From sequence record NC_020079.1: a DNA stretch of 64,000 nucleotides. The stretch is one strand, 5' to 3'. The first letter of the stretch is position 1, and every line of letters begins with the position of its first letter. This DNA comes from Escherichia phage phAPEC8. The notes below the pieces were generated by a model, which was given only the letters and a program-made list of their open reading frames with translations, did not search any database and was not told the origin of the DNA. This document shows, one piece after another, positions 1-10,027 of this stretch. The position numbers and the translations under genes are program-made.

Positions 1-726
1 GAATCTTTCTTTCAACGTGAATGGTTACATAAAATATCTTATAAAGATGTTCCTAACAATCTTAAACTAATGCGAGCATGGGATAAAGCTGTTTCAGTTC
101 CTACAGAAACCTACCGTTATCCAGACTATACAACATCTGTCAAAATGGGTAAAGACCAAGATGGTAATATCTACATCTTTGGCGACTATGATTATGATGC
201 TGTGGATGAGAAAAGTAAAATTTTCGGAAGGTTTAGAAGACTACCTGGGGAAAGGGATAATCTGATTCTTAACCAATGCAAGATTGATGGACCAGAAGTT
301 ACAGTAGTGCTTCCTAAAGACCCATCTGGTGCTGGGACAATAGAATATACAGAGTCTGCAAAAAAACTTATTCTAGAAGGTTTTGTTGTTAAACCAGATG
401 CTATGCCAGGTAACAAGAAAAAGCTTCAGCGTTTTATGCCTTTTAGTAGTGCGTGTCAAAACGGTTTTGTTTATATTGTTGAAGATTCTTTCCCTAATGT
501 GGAAACTCTAACCCACTTTTATAAAGAATTGGAGTCTTTCAATGGTGAAAGATCTACAGCCACTATTAAAGATGACATTCCCGATGCTGCTGCTTCTTGT
601 TTTAATACTCTGTCAAAAGAAAATACTTTCAAGGCAGTAGCTATCCCTGCAACAACAAATGCTCCTACAGGATACAGTAGAATGAACAGTGGATTTCACC
701 AACCGTATAGTGTCCGTAAAAGATAA
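1..726 (+). CDS. terminase large subunit, C-terminal portion (5' end upstream of window)
   Basis: Reading frame of ORF 70..726 is open back to nt 1 with no in-frame stop; sits immediately upstream of the portal/head module. Assigned by synteny only, no motif verified. Confidence 0.4.
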   Translation, partial: ESFFQREWLHKISYKDVPNNLKLMRAWDKAVSVPTETYRYPDYTTSVKMGKDQDGNIYIFGDYDYDAVDEKSKIFGRFRRLPGERDNLILNQCKIDGPEVTVVLPKDPSGAGTIEYTESAKKLILEGFVVKPDAMPGNKKKLQRFMPFSSACQNGFVYIVEDSFPNVETLTHFYKELESFNGERSTATIKDDIPDAAASCFNTLSKENTFKAVAIPATTNAPTGYSRMNSGFHQPYSVRKR

Positions 727-729
727 TTG

Positions 730-758
730 TTGACAAAAGTCACTTTAAAGTGTATTAT
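730..758 (+). promoter_or_regulatory. sigma70-like promoter, TTGACA-N17-TATTAT with TG extended -10
   Basis: TTGACA at 730-735, 17-nt spacer, TGnTATTAT ending 758; lies in the gap between the terminase stop (726) and the portal start (828). Confidence 0.45.
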
Positions 759-827
759 AACTAGATAGGTGAGGTTGTATATAATACAGCCTTGCCTTAA
801 CGATTTTATACCTGACTGGAGGAACAA

Positions 828-2393
828 GTGTCAACAGGAAAAAGAACGTACACTAAAAAGTCAGAATACTGGGACAAAGGTGCTGCAAATAAAGCTGCTC
901 TCTCTCCAACAAAAGAGGCAGAGAAAGAGAAAACGTTACTCCTGTCACCTGAAATAGGAACGATCGGATTAAACTCAATCAAAGCATTTACGAATTTCAT
1001 GCAACCTTATGAGACTCGTTTCCCAGAATGTATTCGCACTTTTAAAGAGATGGGTGAAGACCCTGATGTAGCTACTGCTCTTGACGCTACATATATCTTT
1101 GTAGATAGAGCATTCTTTGATTTCAAGATAAAATACAATGTAAACTCGGCAAAGTCAAGAAAAGCTGCCAAGTTTATTGATTACATGTTACGCAATATGC
1201 AAGCCCCTCTACGTCAATATGTTAGATCACTTTTGACATATAAGCAATATGGTTTTGCATTCGCAGAGAAAGTTTATGAGTTGGATGAAGATCCTAAAAG
1301 TCCTTACTTTGGGTATTGGCGATTGACCAAATTGGCTTTTAGACCACAAGACACTCTTCACATGGCTCAACCTTTTACATATTCGGCAGACGGACGTTCT
1401 ATTCTATCTGTTAACCAGAATATCACCAATACGATGTTAGCTCCAGGTAATACAACTTTAGAAACTGGTATCAAAGAAATTCCTTTCAGTAAAGTTTTAT
1501 TTGTTGGTAGCAACATTACAGAGAATAACCCACTAGGAGTTAGTCCGCTTTTAGCTGTATATCGTAGCTGGCGTGAAAAATCTCTTATTCAGGAATTTGA
1601 GGTTATTGGGGTATCTAAAGATTTAGGCGGTATGCCAGTTCTCAAGGTTCCAAGTGACATTCTAAACAGGGCATCTTTAGATCCTGCTGGGGATGAAGCA
1701 CAATCTCTTCGAGTTCTCCAAGCCAACATCGCTAACCTGCACTCTGGTGAGCAAGCCTACATGGTATTGCCTTCAGACGTTTATGAAGGTACAGTGATGC
1801 GTCAATACGATCTTGTATTCCAAGGTGTTGATGGCACGGGTAAACAGTTTGACACTCAAGCGCTAATCAAACAACGCAAACTGGATATTTATAACCGTTT
1901 TGGTGCGGGTGTGTTGATTATGGGTGATGGTGATGCAGGAAGTTTTGCGCTTTCTGACAACAAACAAACACTATTGTCTCATTTTATTGAGCGAGATGTA
2001 GATATTGTTGTAGAAGCTATAAACTCTCAACTGATCCCTCAAACACTACGATTAAACAATATCTTCCTCTCTGATGAAGATATGCCTAAGTTTGTCAGTG
2101 GTGAAATGGGTGATCCTGATATTGAAGTAAATGCTAAAGCTATTCAGCAGTTGGTAGCCTCTGGTGCAATACCTTTAACCCCAGAAGTTATTAACGAGTT
2201 CCTTGAAAAAATTGGTTTTGAATATCGCATCCCTGATGATATTGTTGCCAACAAAGAGAAATTCTTTGAATTCATGGATAACTATATGCCTGACAAAACT
2301 TCACGATCAGGAGATGGTTTAGCTACAGCAGGAACTGGAACATCTGATAGCATTTCTGCTTTAGATCCTTCAGCACAAAACCTGTCGAATTAA
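828..2393 (+). CDS. portal protein (putative)
   Basis: 521-aa ORF with GTG start preceded by GGAGGA; position between terminase and head assembly genes and size fit a portal. No motif confirmation. Confidence 0.5.
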   Translation: MSTGKRTYTKKSEYWDKGAANKAALSPTKEAEKEKTLLLSPEIGTIGLNSIKAFTNFMQPYETRFPECIRTFKEMGEDPDVATALDATYIFVDRAFFDFKIKYNVNSAKSRKAAKFIDYMLRNMQAPLRQYVRSLLTYKQYGFAFAEKVYELDEDPKSPYFGYWRLTKLAFRPQDTLHMAQPFTYSADGRSILSVNQNITNTMLAPGNTTLETGIKEIPFSKVLFVGSNITENNPLGVSPLLAVYRSWREKSLIQEFEVIGVSKDLGGMPVLKVPSDILNRASLDPAGDEAQSLRVLQANIANLHSGEQAYMVLPSDVYEGTVMRQYDLVFQGVDGTGKQFDTQALIKQRKLDIYNRFGAGVLIMGDGDAGSFALSDNKQTLLSHFIERDVDIVVEAINSQLIPQTLRLNNIFLSDEDMPKFVSGEMGDPDIEVNAKAIQQLVASGAIPLTPEVINEFLEKIGFEYRIPDDIVANKEKFFEFMDNYMPDKTSRSGDGLATAGTGTSDSISALDPSAQNLSN

Positions 2394-2421
2394 AAATATT
2401 TAATATTTTTTAATTTTTCTA

Positions 2422-2450
2422 TTGACAAAACAACAAATATCCTGTAGACT
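2422..2450 (+). promoter_or_regulatory. sigma70-like promoter, TTGACA-N17-TAGACT with TG extended -10
   Basis: TTGACA 2422-2427, 17-nt spacer, TGTAGACT ending 2450; AT-rich intergenic region upstream of ORF 2487. Confidence 0.4.
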
Positions 2451-2486
2451 AAGATTTATGGGATATCTGTTTTTAAGAGGTTTCAA

Positions 2487-2966
2487 ATGGAACTCAATAA
2501 AGATACACTGTGGGAACTCTTCAAAACCTTCGCTGGTTTTAAAGAGAATTCTGAATCCCAACAAGATTCTATACCATCTCAAAAACCTGAAACTCTAGTC
2601 AAACAAAATAAATTTGATGAAGAAAAGATGCAGGTTATTGAGGTCTTGTATTGTCCACCTGAAGAAGACGATCTCCACGGAGAGCGCATGTCTGATTTGG
2701 AAATCAGGAAGATGGTTGACAACTTCAATGAGAATATTACCAACATTAGTGGTAATCTTGGTCACATGAAGAACACCGATAAGTTTTCTCCAATTAAAGC
2801 TTGGGTAAATGAAGTCGATTGTTACATTGGTGACGAACTCGTTGTGGAAGGAACTCCCCTCGTTAAAATCCAATTCAACGACCCTGAATTATATCAAGCT
2901 CGTAAAGACGGCGTTCTTAAAGGTTTGAGTATAGGCGCAATGGGCGTTAAAGTCAAGAAGGACTAA
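2487..2966 (+). CDS. head morphogenesis protein (function unresolved)
   Basis: 159-aa ORF between portal and scaffold-like gene, SD AAGAGG before ATG. Role (protease or assembly factor) not determinable from sequence alone. Confidence 0.35.
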   Translation: MELNKDTLWELFKTFAGFKENSESQQDSIPSQKPETLVKQNKFDEEKMQVIEVLYCPPEEDDLHGERMSDLEIRKMVDNFNENITNISGNLGHMKNTDKFSPIKAWVNEVDCYIGDELVVEGTPLVKIQFNDPELYQARKDGVLKGLSIGAMGVKVKKD

Positions 2967-2968
2967 TC

Positions 2969-4084
2969 GTGGCAAATACATATTTAACTAACGTAGACTT
3001 TTCAGGAAAAGCTACGGAAGAGTCACTAGGTGCTCATATTGCTTACACTTTTGATTTTCAAGGTGGAGCGGCATCTGGTTATAATACCCCCCTTTTATTT
3101 AAGTCAGACGGATCTCCAGACATAACTTTTGAAAAGTTAGAAGCTCTCACTAAAATGGGAGAAGATGTTACAGAGTTACGTAAAAGCTATATTCAACAAG
3201 TGATGGATCGCATTTCTGAAAAAGTGCGTGAAAAATTTGAAGCTGGTTGGGATTGGGTTTACGTTATTGATGCTGACTTCGATGCGAACGTTGCAATTTT
3301 CTGTTCAGATAACGGTATGTTCTCTGTTGGCTTTAAAGTTGACGGACTGAATGTTGAAGTTGAAGAGGTTGCTAAACCTGTTGTTCGTGTTACTGATTAT
3401 CAAGTTGTTGATGGTGATGTAATGATCTCCATTGATTTCTTTGAGGACGTTTTAGACGATGCTTTGAGTAATCTCGTTAAGAGTTCCTTGAAACAAAGTC
3501 AAGTTAAAGATTATTTAGTGAAAGCTCACGCTAAAGCTAATACAAACTCTGTGGATGCAGAGGCTAACCCCGCAGGTGATAAATCTGCAAACACAACTGG
3601 AATCAATAAAGGAGAAACCCCTTTGGAAAATATCAACAAAGAAGAATTCCTGAAATCTGCTGAATTCCAAGAACTGATGAAAGCACAGATTGCTGAAGCT
3701 GTAGAAAAAGCAGCAGCAGATGCACGTGCAGCCGCAGAACTTGAAGCACAGGAAAAAATCGCTAAGGCAGAACAGGAAGCAGAAGAACTTCGTAAAGCTG
3801 AACAAGCTCGTATCGAAGAAGAATATACAACTGTTGTTAAATCCTATTCTTTCGTAGAAGAAGACAAAGTTGAAGCTCTCGTTAAATATCTGGTAGACAA
3901 TAAAGATATCGCTGAAACTATCGTCAAAGCATTCGAAAAAGCACGTGCAGAAGTGGACGCAGTTAAGAAAGAATTTGGAACAGAACGTGGTGTTGACGTG
4001 ATCAATACTCAACCTGTAGCTAAATCTTCTTCTGAACTGATTAGTCAGAAAGCTGCTGAACTTAAAAAAGCCCAGAAACAATAA
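2969..4084 (+). CDS. scaffolding-like protein with Ala/Glu/Lys-rich coiled-coil C-terminal half
   Basis: 371 aa; C-terminal half is low-complexity, e.g. AEAVEKAAADARAAAELEAQEKIAKAEQEAEELRKAEQ, typical of scaffold proteins; located just upstream of decoration-like and major capsid genes. Confidence 0.45.
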   Translation: MANTYLTNVDFSGKATEESLGAHIAYTFDFQGGAASGYNTPLLFKSDGSPDITFEKLEALTKMGEDVTELRKSYIQQVMDRISEKVREKFEAGWDWVYVIDADFDANVAIFCSDNGMFSVGFKVDGLNVEVEEVAKPVVRVTDYQVVDGDVMISIDFFEDVLDDALSNLVKSSLKQSQVKDYLVKAHAKANTNSVDAEANPAGDKSANTTGINKGETPLENINKEEFLKSAEFQELMKAQIAEAVEKAAADARAAAELEAQEKIAKAEQEAEELRKAEQARIEEEYTTVVKSYSFVEEDKVEALVKYLVDNKDIAETIVKAFEKARAEVDAVKKEFGTERGVDVINTQPVAKSSSELISQKAAELKKAQKQ

Positions 4085-4103
4085 TCTTAGGAGATTAAAT
4101 TAA

Positions 4104-4502
4104 ATGGCTAAAGGAATTACTTTATCTAACTCTCGCCAGGAATTCGGACACCTGGTTCTGGGTGGAGTGTTTAGCTCTGACCTTGGACACTGTGTACGTG
4201 AAGTTAACCTGGTTAAAACAGCAACCATGAAAATTGGTTCTATCCTGAAAGCTGACAACACTGAAGCTGCTAAAGCTGAAGCTGCCGATGCTGCTAAAGT
4301 TCTGATTTGGACTGATGCTCTGTTCGGTATTGACGATGTAGCAGTAGGTGACACTTTCACCGCAGTTGTTGGCGTACGTGATCTTACTCTGAACCGCTTT
4401 GCAGTATACTACAAAGATGGCTCCCTGGTAGATGACGCTGGCGTAGCAGCACTGGAAACACATGATCTGAAACTGACCGAAAAAGTCGTTTTCACTTCTT
4501 AA
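4104..4502 (+). CDS. head decoration-like protein (gpD position)
   Basis: 132-aa ORF directly upstream of the major capsid gene; its initiation region TAGGAGATTAAATTAA-ATG is near-identical to that of the capsid gene, suggesting co-abundant expression. Confidence 0.4.
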   Translation: MAKGITLSNSRQEFGHLVLGGVFSSDLGHCVREVNLVKTATMKIGSILKADNTEAAKAEAADAAKVLIWTDALFGIDDVAVGDTFTAVVGVRDLTLNRFAVYYKDGSLVDDAGVAALETHDLKLTEKVVFTS

Positions 4503-4523
4503 TTTTAATAGGAGATTAATATA

Positions 4524-5525
4524 ATGCCAGCAGTAATTTTAGATCAGGTTGTAGATTTCAGCCCTATGATCGAACTTCAGGATTCCCCTGATACACTGAT
4601 TGCCAGCCTGAATCTGTTCAGTGTTGACTATCATTCAACTACCGCTATTGAAATCGGTAAAGAAAAAGCTGAAGATGCTCTGATCTCCGCTCGTGAGCGT
4701 GGTGGTGAGCGTAACTTCCTGACCATGAAAAATCCAGAACTGAAAGCGTTCCGCATTCCGTTCTTCCCTCTGGATAAAAACATCAAAGCTCAAGATATTC
4801 AATCTTTCCGTAGCTTTGCAATGGCAGGAATCAATGACTCTCTGCGCACAGACGCTGAAGTTGTTAACCGCTATATGTCCCAGATTCTGCGTGACGTAGC
4901 AAAAACCAAAGAGAAAATCTTTGCAGAAGCAGTTATGGGTCGTGCCTATAACGGCGTAGGTGGTGCAGCTAACTCTGCATACAACTGGTATACCGAATGG
5001 GGTGCTACCCAGAAATCTGTTGCTGTAGACTTTGCTTCTACCACTGTTTCTCCAGCAGCCACTATCGAACAAGAAGCTCGTGCTTACATCATCGATACTA
5101 AACAAGATGGCTCTACCGCTACCCGTATCGTAGCTCTGTGTTCTCGTGAATTTTTCGCATCTCTGGTTAACTCTCCGTTTGTTCGCCAGGCGTATCAGTA
5201 TTTCCAGGGAACTCCTAACCTTCTGCGTGACCGCCTTAGCGGTAACATGGATGTTCAGGTGTTCGAATGGAATGGTGTAACTTACATTGAAGATATCCAC
5301 GGTAACATCCCTGCTGGTGAAGCATATGTTCTGCCTATGGGTATCGAAGGTATGTTCCAGGCGCACTACGCTCCTGCGGATACTCCAGAACTGGCTAACA
5401 CCCAGGCTCGTGAACTGTATACCTTCATGATCAGCCAGCACCGCACTATTCAGCTTCAGTCTGAATTCTCGCTGCTCGCAGTTAACACCCGTCCAGAACT
5501 GGTAGTTAAACTGACTACGGCTTAA
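4524..5525 (+). CDS. major capsid protein, lambda gpE-like
   Basis: 333 aa; C-terminal region NTQARELYTFMISQ...ELVVKLTTA parallels the lambda gpE C-terminus (NTQARGLRTYG...EFVSVQLA, from memory); strong SD AGGAG; followed by an intrinsic terminator. Confidence 0.7.
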   Translation: MPAVILDQVVDFSPMIELQDSPDTLIASLNLFSVDYHSTTAIEIGKEKAEDALISARERGGERNFLTMKNPELKAFRIPFFPLDKNIKAQDIQSFRSFAMAGINDSLRTDAEVVNRYMSQILRDVAKTKEKIFAEAVMGRAYNGVGGAANSAYNWYTEWGATQKSVAVDFASTTVSPAATIEQEARAYIIDTKQDGSTATRIVALCSREFFASLVNSPFVRQAYQYFQGTPNLLRDRLSGNMDVQVFEWNGVTYIEDIHGNIPAGEAYVLPMGIEGMFQAHYAPADTPELANTQARELYTFMISQHRTIQLQSEFSLLAVNTRPELVVKLTTA

Positions 5526-5545
5526 TAGAACTCTGTTAATATTAG

Positions 5546-5579
5546 AGGCTCGTCCGTGATGGGCGAGCCTTTTCTGTTT
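5546..5579 (+). terminator. rho-independent terminator after major capsid gene
   Basis: Stem AGGCTCG(5546-5552)/CGAGCCT(5564-5570) with extra inner GC pairs, followed by TTTCTGTTT. Confidence 0.55.
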
Positions 5580-5609
5580 ACAATAAGAGTTTACAATGAG
5601 GAGATTGAT

Positions 5610-5954
5610 ATGTCAAACCCAGAATTGAAACGTTACTTTAGTTATCACGAAATGATTCGTGATTTCGAATCGCTTTCACCACTGATTGATGCTGATAAAA
5701 CATTAGTATCTGCGCCACCAATGTCTTTCTATCTGAAAGATGGTCGTATTGCATTAGGTGGAAACTTCATTCACTTCCTCACGCGTTTGAGAGAAGAAAC
5801 AGGTATTCTTGTGCATCCTTTTGCAAGTGAAGAACACATGGGTTACTATCTTGTGAGTTACGAAGACTATGCACCTGTAAAAATCAAAGAAGAAGTTTTA
5901 AAAGTAGAAGCGGTAGACACTCCAGCTAAAAAACGTTCCCTTCGTAAAAAATAA
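5610..5954 (+). CDS. hypothetical head-completion/connector protein
   Basis: Track ORF 5556..5954 begins inside the terminator hairpin; in-frame ATG at 5610 has SD GAGGAG (5598-5603) and gives a 114-aa product. Confidence 0.45.
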   Translation: MSNPELKRYFSYHEMIRDFESLSPLIDADKTLVSAPPMSFYLKDGRIALGGNFIHFLTRLREETGILVHPFASEEHMGYYLVSYEDYAPVKIKEEVLKVEAVDTPAKKRSLRKK

Positions 5955-5963
5955 GGTGGGCTT

Positions 5964-6512
5964 ATGCTGAATGCGGTAGAGTTGGCACCACTGATCCGAA
6001 TTCTTGTTTATAACCCTTCTCAAGAAGTATTGCCAGATGCAATGCTGATTCAGATCATCCAAACTTGGATTGATATTATAGGGAATGAAGATAAGGATAA
6101 GTGTGCAGTATTGTGGAACAGCTTGATTTCTGTTTTAGAGTATTTATGGAACAACGATGTTCTTAACAACAGTACTCAAACAGGGGGAGCTATGTCCCGC
6201 AGAGAAAAGATGGGTGAAGTCGAAGTTGAAGTTAAATTTAACAACGGTCAAATCACTTATAAGTCTCCGTGGGAAGATATCTATCATAACTATTTAAATG
6301 GTCTTATGGTCATTCCTGGGTGCACGGCAGGACGAGGAGCAACCAGTAAAGTTCTTATTGGTGGTGTTGATGCTCGTGAGATTGATCGAGTAAACAGCGA
6401 TCCTAACTCTGTAAATGGTCTTGGTAATGTTGCAAGTGTTGATCGTAATACACGCAACGTTAATTATTTGCGAAATTACGGACCTGTTTCTTTTTATCGT
6501 AGGGACAAATAA
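5964..6512 (+). CDS. hypothetical head-tail joining protein
   Basis: 182-aa ORF tightly packed in the head-to-tail gene block; SD AAGGTGG before ATG. Confidence 0.45.
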   Translation: MLNAVELAPLIRILVYNPSQEVLPDAMLIQIIQTWIDIIGNEDKDKCAVLWNSLISVLEYLWNNDVLNNSTQTGGAMSRREKMGEVEVEVKFNNGQITYKSPWEDIYHNYLNGLMVIPGCTAGRGATSKVLIGGVDAREIDRVNSDPNSVNGLGNVASVDRNTRNVNYLRNYGPVSFYRRDK

Positions 6513-7000
6513 TGGAAAGTGAGATCTTACCAGGGGACGATACAGATTGGGAAACCATTATCAAAAAGATGATGGACCTTGAACAAGTTCAAATCGAAGC
6601 TGGTTTTTTAACAAACAGAAGGCATCCTGAATCAGATCTCACTATTCCTGCAATAGCAGCTATTCAACAATATGGTAATGAAACAAATAACATACCTGCT
6701 CGCCCTTTTATAACAGATGGTGCTGTTATCTCACAGAACAATATCGCTAAAAAGATGAAGCAGGTGTTTGCAAATTACTTAATGCATAATGTTGGGTTAG
6801 CTGTTTTTGAGCCTATAGCGAGAGCCTCTAGAGAAGGAATAGCTCAAGCGATTGCAATGCAACGTTATCGTCCTTTATCTCCTGTGACAATTAAGATACG
6901 ACAAGATAAAGGCAACTATTCTAATCATATCTTAATAGATACGGCACACATGATAAATGCAATCGAAACAAAAATCACAAAAAGCAAGTCTAAAAAATAA
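6512..7000 (+). CDS. hypothetical head-tail joining protein
   Basis: 162-aa ORF; start overlaps the preceding stop (ATGG junction), typical translational coupling in structural operons. Confidence 0.45.
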   Translation: MESEILPGDDTDWETIIKKMMDLEQVQIEAGFLTNRRHPESDLTIPAIAAIQQYGNETNNIPARPFITDGAVISQNNIAKKMKQVFANYLMHNVGLAVFEPIARASREGIAQAIAMQRYRPLSPVTIKIRQDKGNYSNHILIDTAHMINAIETKITKSKSKK

Positions 7001-7001
7001 C

Positions 7002-7030
7002 TTGCATAAACTTTGTTTTTGATGTATACT
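7002..7030 (+). promoter_or_regulatory. sigma70-like promoter, TTGCAT-N17-TATACT with TG extended -10
   Basis: TTGCAT 7002-7007, 17-nt spacer, TGnTATACT ending 7030; followed by SD AAGGAG (7034-7039) and GTG at 7046. Confidence 0.35.
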
Positions 7031-7045
7031 AAAAAGGAGATACAA

Positions 7046-7462
7046 GTGTTACTAGATCAATTTACTCTCCTTGATCTAACTGAATACCAAGGTCGTAGAC
7101 GAGTCTACAAAGAGGCCGTTGGTTCAGTTATTGCTAACTTAGAAAGTAGTGTAGAATATGAACCATTTACTATTGAAGCTGCAAGCTTACAACCGATATC
7201 TGGTAAAACACTGAATGCACTACCTGAAGGTTACAGATCTAAGGCTCAATATAGTTTCTGGACTAAAACAGAAATGAAGGGGTTACAACAAGGAACAGAA
7301 CAGTTATCAGATCAGATATTGATAGATGGTAAATGGTATTCTGTTTATTCCCTTAAAGATTGGACCAGAACATCTTTCTTAGTCCATCATCACTGTGTTG
7401 CAATATTAGATGATCAAAACAACTCCTGGTCTTATGGAACAGAAGGAGGAAATTTTGGCTAA
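7046..7462 (+). CDS. hypothetical neck/tail-completion protein
   Basis: Track ORF 7013..7462; the in-frame GTG at 7046 has a near-perfect SD and lies downstream of the promoter-like element, so it is the preferred start. Confidence 0.45.
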   Translation: MLLDQFTLLDLTEYQGRRRVYKEAVGSVIANLESSVEYEPFTIEAASLQPISGKTLNALPEGYRSKAQYSFWTKTEMKGLQQGTEQLSDQILIDGKWYSVYSLKDWTRTSFLVHHHCVAILDDQNNSWSYGTEGGNFG

Positions 7463-8093
7463 TATTTACCAACAAATAGAAGCATACGAAAATGCCATCT
7501 ACTTAAATATAGGTGGCTTCCTTCAAGAATTAGTGGGGTTGCCAGTCTATGTTATGGATAAGCCATTCATTAAACCGGATACTCCTTACCTAGCACTACG
7601 TATTATCACTTCCAGCGATTCTGGAGGTTGGTCTTACCGAAGCTCTATTCAAAATGATATGTATTCCTACGAGATGGATAATACCTACGAGATTGAACTT
7701 GTAGCCTATCGTGGAAGACCTACCACTTTGATGAGCTATGTTCTGGCTGCTCTCCGTGGTGCAGAGGAATTAAAATACAAACATCTCTATTCTAAAGGTC
7801 TTGGTTTTTTAGGAGCCTCTAATATAGCTCAAGCCAATACAATTGTAGACGGAGATAAGACTGAATTAAGAGCGCGTATGGTTATGACGTTCAACACTCG
7901 TATGAGTATTGAAGATATTGCTACTACACCAATAGAAGCAATCAACATGCACATCCGTTCATTCAGAGATAGTTACAATGATCCTATCCCTTTAGATTTA
8001 ATTCTAAACAGGGTTTATGCAATTACTTTGGTTCCAGGCGAATACTCGTCAGTTAATCAAAATGGATCATTATTTAACAACCCTACCGAATAA
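7434..8093 (+). CDS. hypothetical neck/tail-completion protein
   Basis: Track ORF 7410..8093; start ambiguous (ATG 7410, ATG 7434 or TTG 7455 after GGAGGA); overlaps the 3' end of the upstream gene. Confidence 0.4.
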   Translation: MEQKEEILANIYQQIEAYENAIYLNIGGFLQELVGLPVYVMDKPFIKPDTPYLALRIITSSDSGGWSYRSSIQNDMYSYEMDNTYEIELVAYRGRPTTLMSYVLAALRGAEELKYKHLYSKGLGFLGASNIAQANTIVDGDKTELRARMVMTFNTRMSIEDIATTPIEAINMHIRSFRDSYNDPIPLDLILNRVYAITLVPGEYSSVNQNGSLFNNPTE

Positions 8094-8127
8094 ACTCATT
8101 GGAATTAAGTTTCTAACAGGAGCATAA

Positions 8128-9501
8128 ATGGCAACTTTTCGTGAAAAGGTAGCAACCGTAACTTTACTGTATGGTGCTACATCAATTCGTGAAACCCAGT
8201 TCGATATTCCCCTGATCCTTACAGGTCAGAACGTAACTGGCGAAGCGATTCAATATTACTCTTCTTCCGATGCACTTTTGGAAGCAGGTTATGGATTAAA
8301 TGATCCAGCGTATATTATGGCAGTCAAACTGTTTAACGGTTTGTTCCCACCAGATCAAGTCATGGTTGGTAAGCGTGAAGTTACAAACTTTACTCTAACT
8401 CCAATCGTAGAAGATAGTGCAACTTACACAATTACCATCAAAAATGGTACCAAGAAAAAAGAATTTAAATTCATTGCTGATGACACTGCAACTGCACAAG
8501 AGATTGTAGTTGGTCTGACTGAAATGATCAATGCAGATCTTGTTTATGGCCCACTGTTTACAGTAGCTAACAACGGTGCTGCAATGACTTTCACTCCAGT
8601 AGAAGGTAAGTTTGGTTCTATTGACAGCACAGGTTTCACTCAAGAAACTGTCTATGCTAATGCTATTACGGAAGATATTGCTGCTCTGCATGATATTGAT
8701 AGTAGCTGGTTCTGGACCCTTTCAGATTCCCATGAAACAGAAGATGTTCTAGCTTTGGCTGCATGGGTAGAAGAGAATGATAAAGTTTACTTCTTCTCTA
8801 GCTCTGAACCTGGAATTAAAACGAAAGCAGAAGATAACGTTCTGGAACGACTGAATGACCTCGGTTATAATAACACTTGCTTTGCTTTGTGGATGACCGA
8901 TGCAGATTCTGTATTCCCAGAAGCAGCAGTTGTTGGTGCAATCTGTTCTCGTCAACCTGGTTTAACTACTCTTCACGGTAAAACACTGGTAGGCGTAGAG
9001 ATCGAGAAACTGGATCAGACTTCGGAAAACAATATTGTTCAACAGAACGGTAACATCTATCGTAAAGAGCATGGAACTCTGTTCTATCGTGACGGATTGA
9101 TGGTTAGCGGTTTCTTTGTTGACTATGTTGTTCATGCTTTGTGGTTTAAAGCTCGCACAGAAGAATCACTGTTTACACTGTTTAAACAACAGTCTATGCT
9201 GGGTGGTGGTGTTCGTGCTACTTCAAATGGTCTGGCTTTGATTCGACAAGCTGTTCTGGCTAACCCGATCCAAGTAGGTATCCTCAACGGTTCCATCGCT
9301 AATGAAGTTGTTACTTCTGAAGAGACTGGTTTGCGTGTCGATCTGAAACCTATCGTTTATATTCCTTCTCGTGCCGATATGACTGATGCGCAAATCAATG
9401 CTCGTCTGGTCGATGGGATGAAGATTGAATATGTTTACGCTGGCTTCTTCCATTACGTTAAAGTTCAGGTTAACGTCCTGACTAACCGTACTGCAAACTA
9501 A
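8128..9501 (+). CDS. tail sheath protein (putative)
   Basis: 457-aa ORF immediately upstream of a 159-aa tube-like gene, chaperone pair and tape measure, the canonical contractile-tail order. No motif confirmation. Confidence 0.45.
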   Translation: MATFREKVATVTLLYGATSIRETQFDIPLILTGQNVTGEAIQYYSSSDALLEAGYGLNDPAYIMAVKLFNGLFPPDQVMVGKREVTNFTLTPIVEDSATYTITIKNGTKKKEFKFIADDTATAQEIVVGLTEMINADLVYGPLFTVANNGAAMTFTPVEGKFGSIDSTGFTQETVYANAITEDIAALHDIDSSWFWTLSDSHETEDVLALAAWVEENDKVYFFSSSEPGIKTKAEDNVLERLNDLGYNNTCFALWMTDADSVFPEAAVVGAICSRQPGLTTLHGKTLVGVEIEKLDQTSENNIVQQNGNIYRKEHGTLFYRDGLMVSGFFVDYVVHALWFKARTEESLFTLFKQQSMLGGGVRATSNGLALIRQAVLANPIQVGILNGSIANEVVTSEETGLRVDLKPIVYIPSRADMTDAQINARLVDGMKIEYVYAGFFHYVKVQVNVLTNRTAN

Positions 9502-9504
9502 TAC

Positions 9505-9525
9505 GGCGGGGGTTAAGCCCCCGTT
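9505..9525 (+). terminator. GC-rich stem-loop after sheath gene (weak terminator or stability element)
   Basis: CGGGGG/CCCCCG stem (9507-9512 / 9518-9523) with flanking wobble pairs; downstream U-tract is poor. Confidence 0.3.
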
Positions 9526-9547
9526 ATCAAAATAAAGAGGATCTATA

Positions 9548-10027
9548 ATGGATAAAATGCTTACTGGCGTAATGGCCTACGACCCATCTCAAGTTATCCT
9601 TTCATTAGGTGGTTGGGAACCGTGGGGTTTTGCGGCTGATACTAAAATCGTTATTGCTAAATCTAACGATATTATCAACCCTTATTCAGGGACTGATGGC
9701 GACGTTTCACTAGCTTTGAGTCGTAACCGTTTAGGAACACTCACAATGTCTTTGCAACGCACATCTCCAGCTAACGAAGTACTTGCAACATATGCACAAA
9801 CAATGTATTCTACTCGTCAAGTAGCGTTCAGTGTTTACTTGGAAGACCCACGTGGCTATTACATTAGCACGATTGGATGGATTCAAAGTCAGCCTGAAGA
9901 TACTATTGGCGAAATGATTACAGAGAACCAATGGGTTATTGGTCTTAAAGATGCAAGCCTTCTGCGTAATGAAGTTGGTGTAGGTTTGAGCACCCTTAAC
10001 TCAATCTCTGCTCTGACAATTCAATAA
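9548..10027 (+). CDS. tail tube protein (putative)
   Basis: 159-aa ORF between sheath-like gene and tail chaperone genes; strong SD AAAGAGG; followed by a terminator. Confidence 0.45.
   Translation: MDKMLTGVMAYDPSQVILSLGGWEPWGFAADTKIVIAKSNDIINPYSGTDGDVSLALSRNRLGTLTMSLQRTSPANEVLATYAQTMYSTRQVAFSVYLEDPRGYYISTIGWIQSQPEDTIGEMITENQWVIGLKDASLLRNEVGVGLSTLNSISALTIQ

Noticed and set aside
3515-4081. 188-aa minus-strand ORF inside the scaffold-like gene (Phe/Cys/Ser-rich translation)
   Set aside because: Antisense shadow of the Ala/Glu/Lys-rich coding strand; low-complexity composition, no RBS, entirely overlapped by a better-supported gene.
4635-5441. 268-aa minus-strand ORF antisense to the major capsid gene
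   Set aside because: Fully contained in the confidently assigned capsid gene on the opposite strand; no start context; typical antisense open frame.
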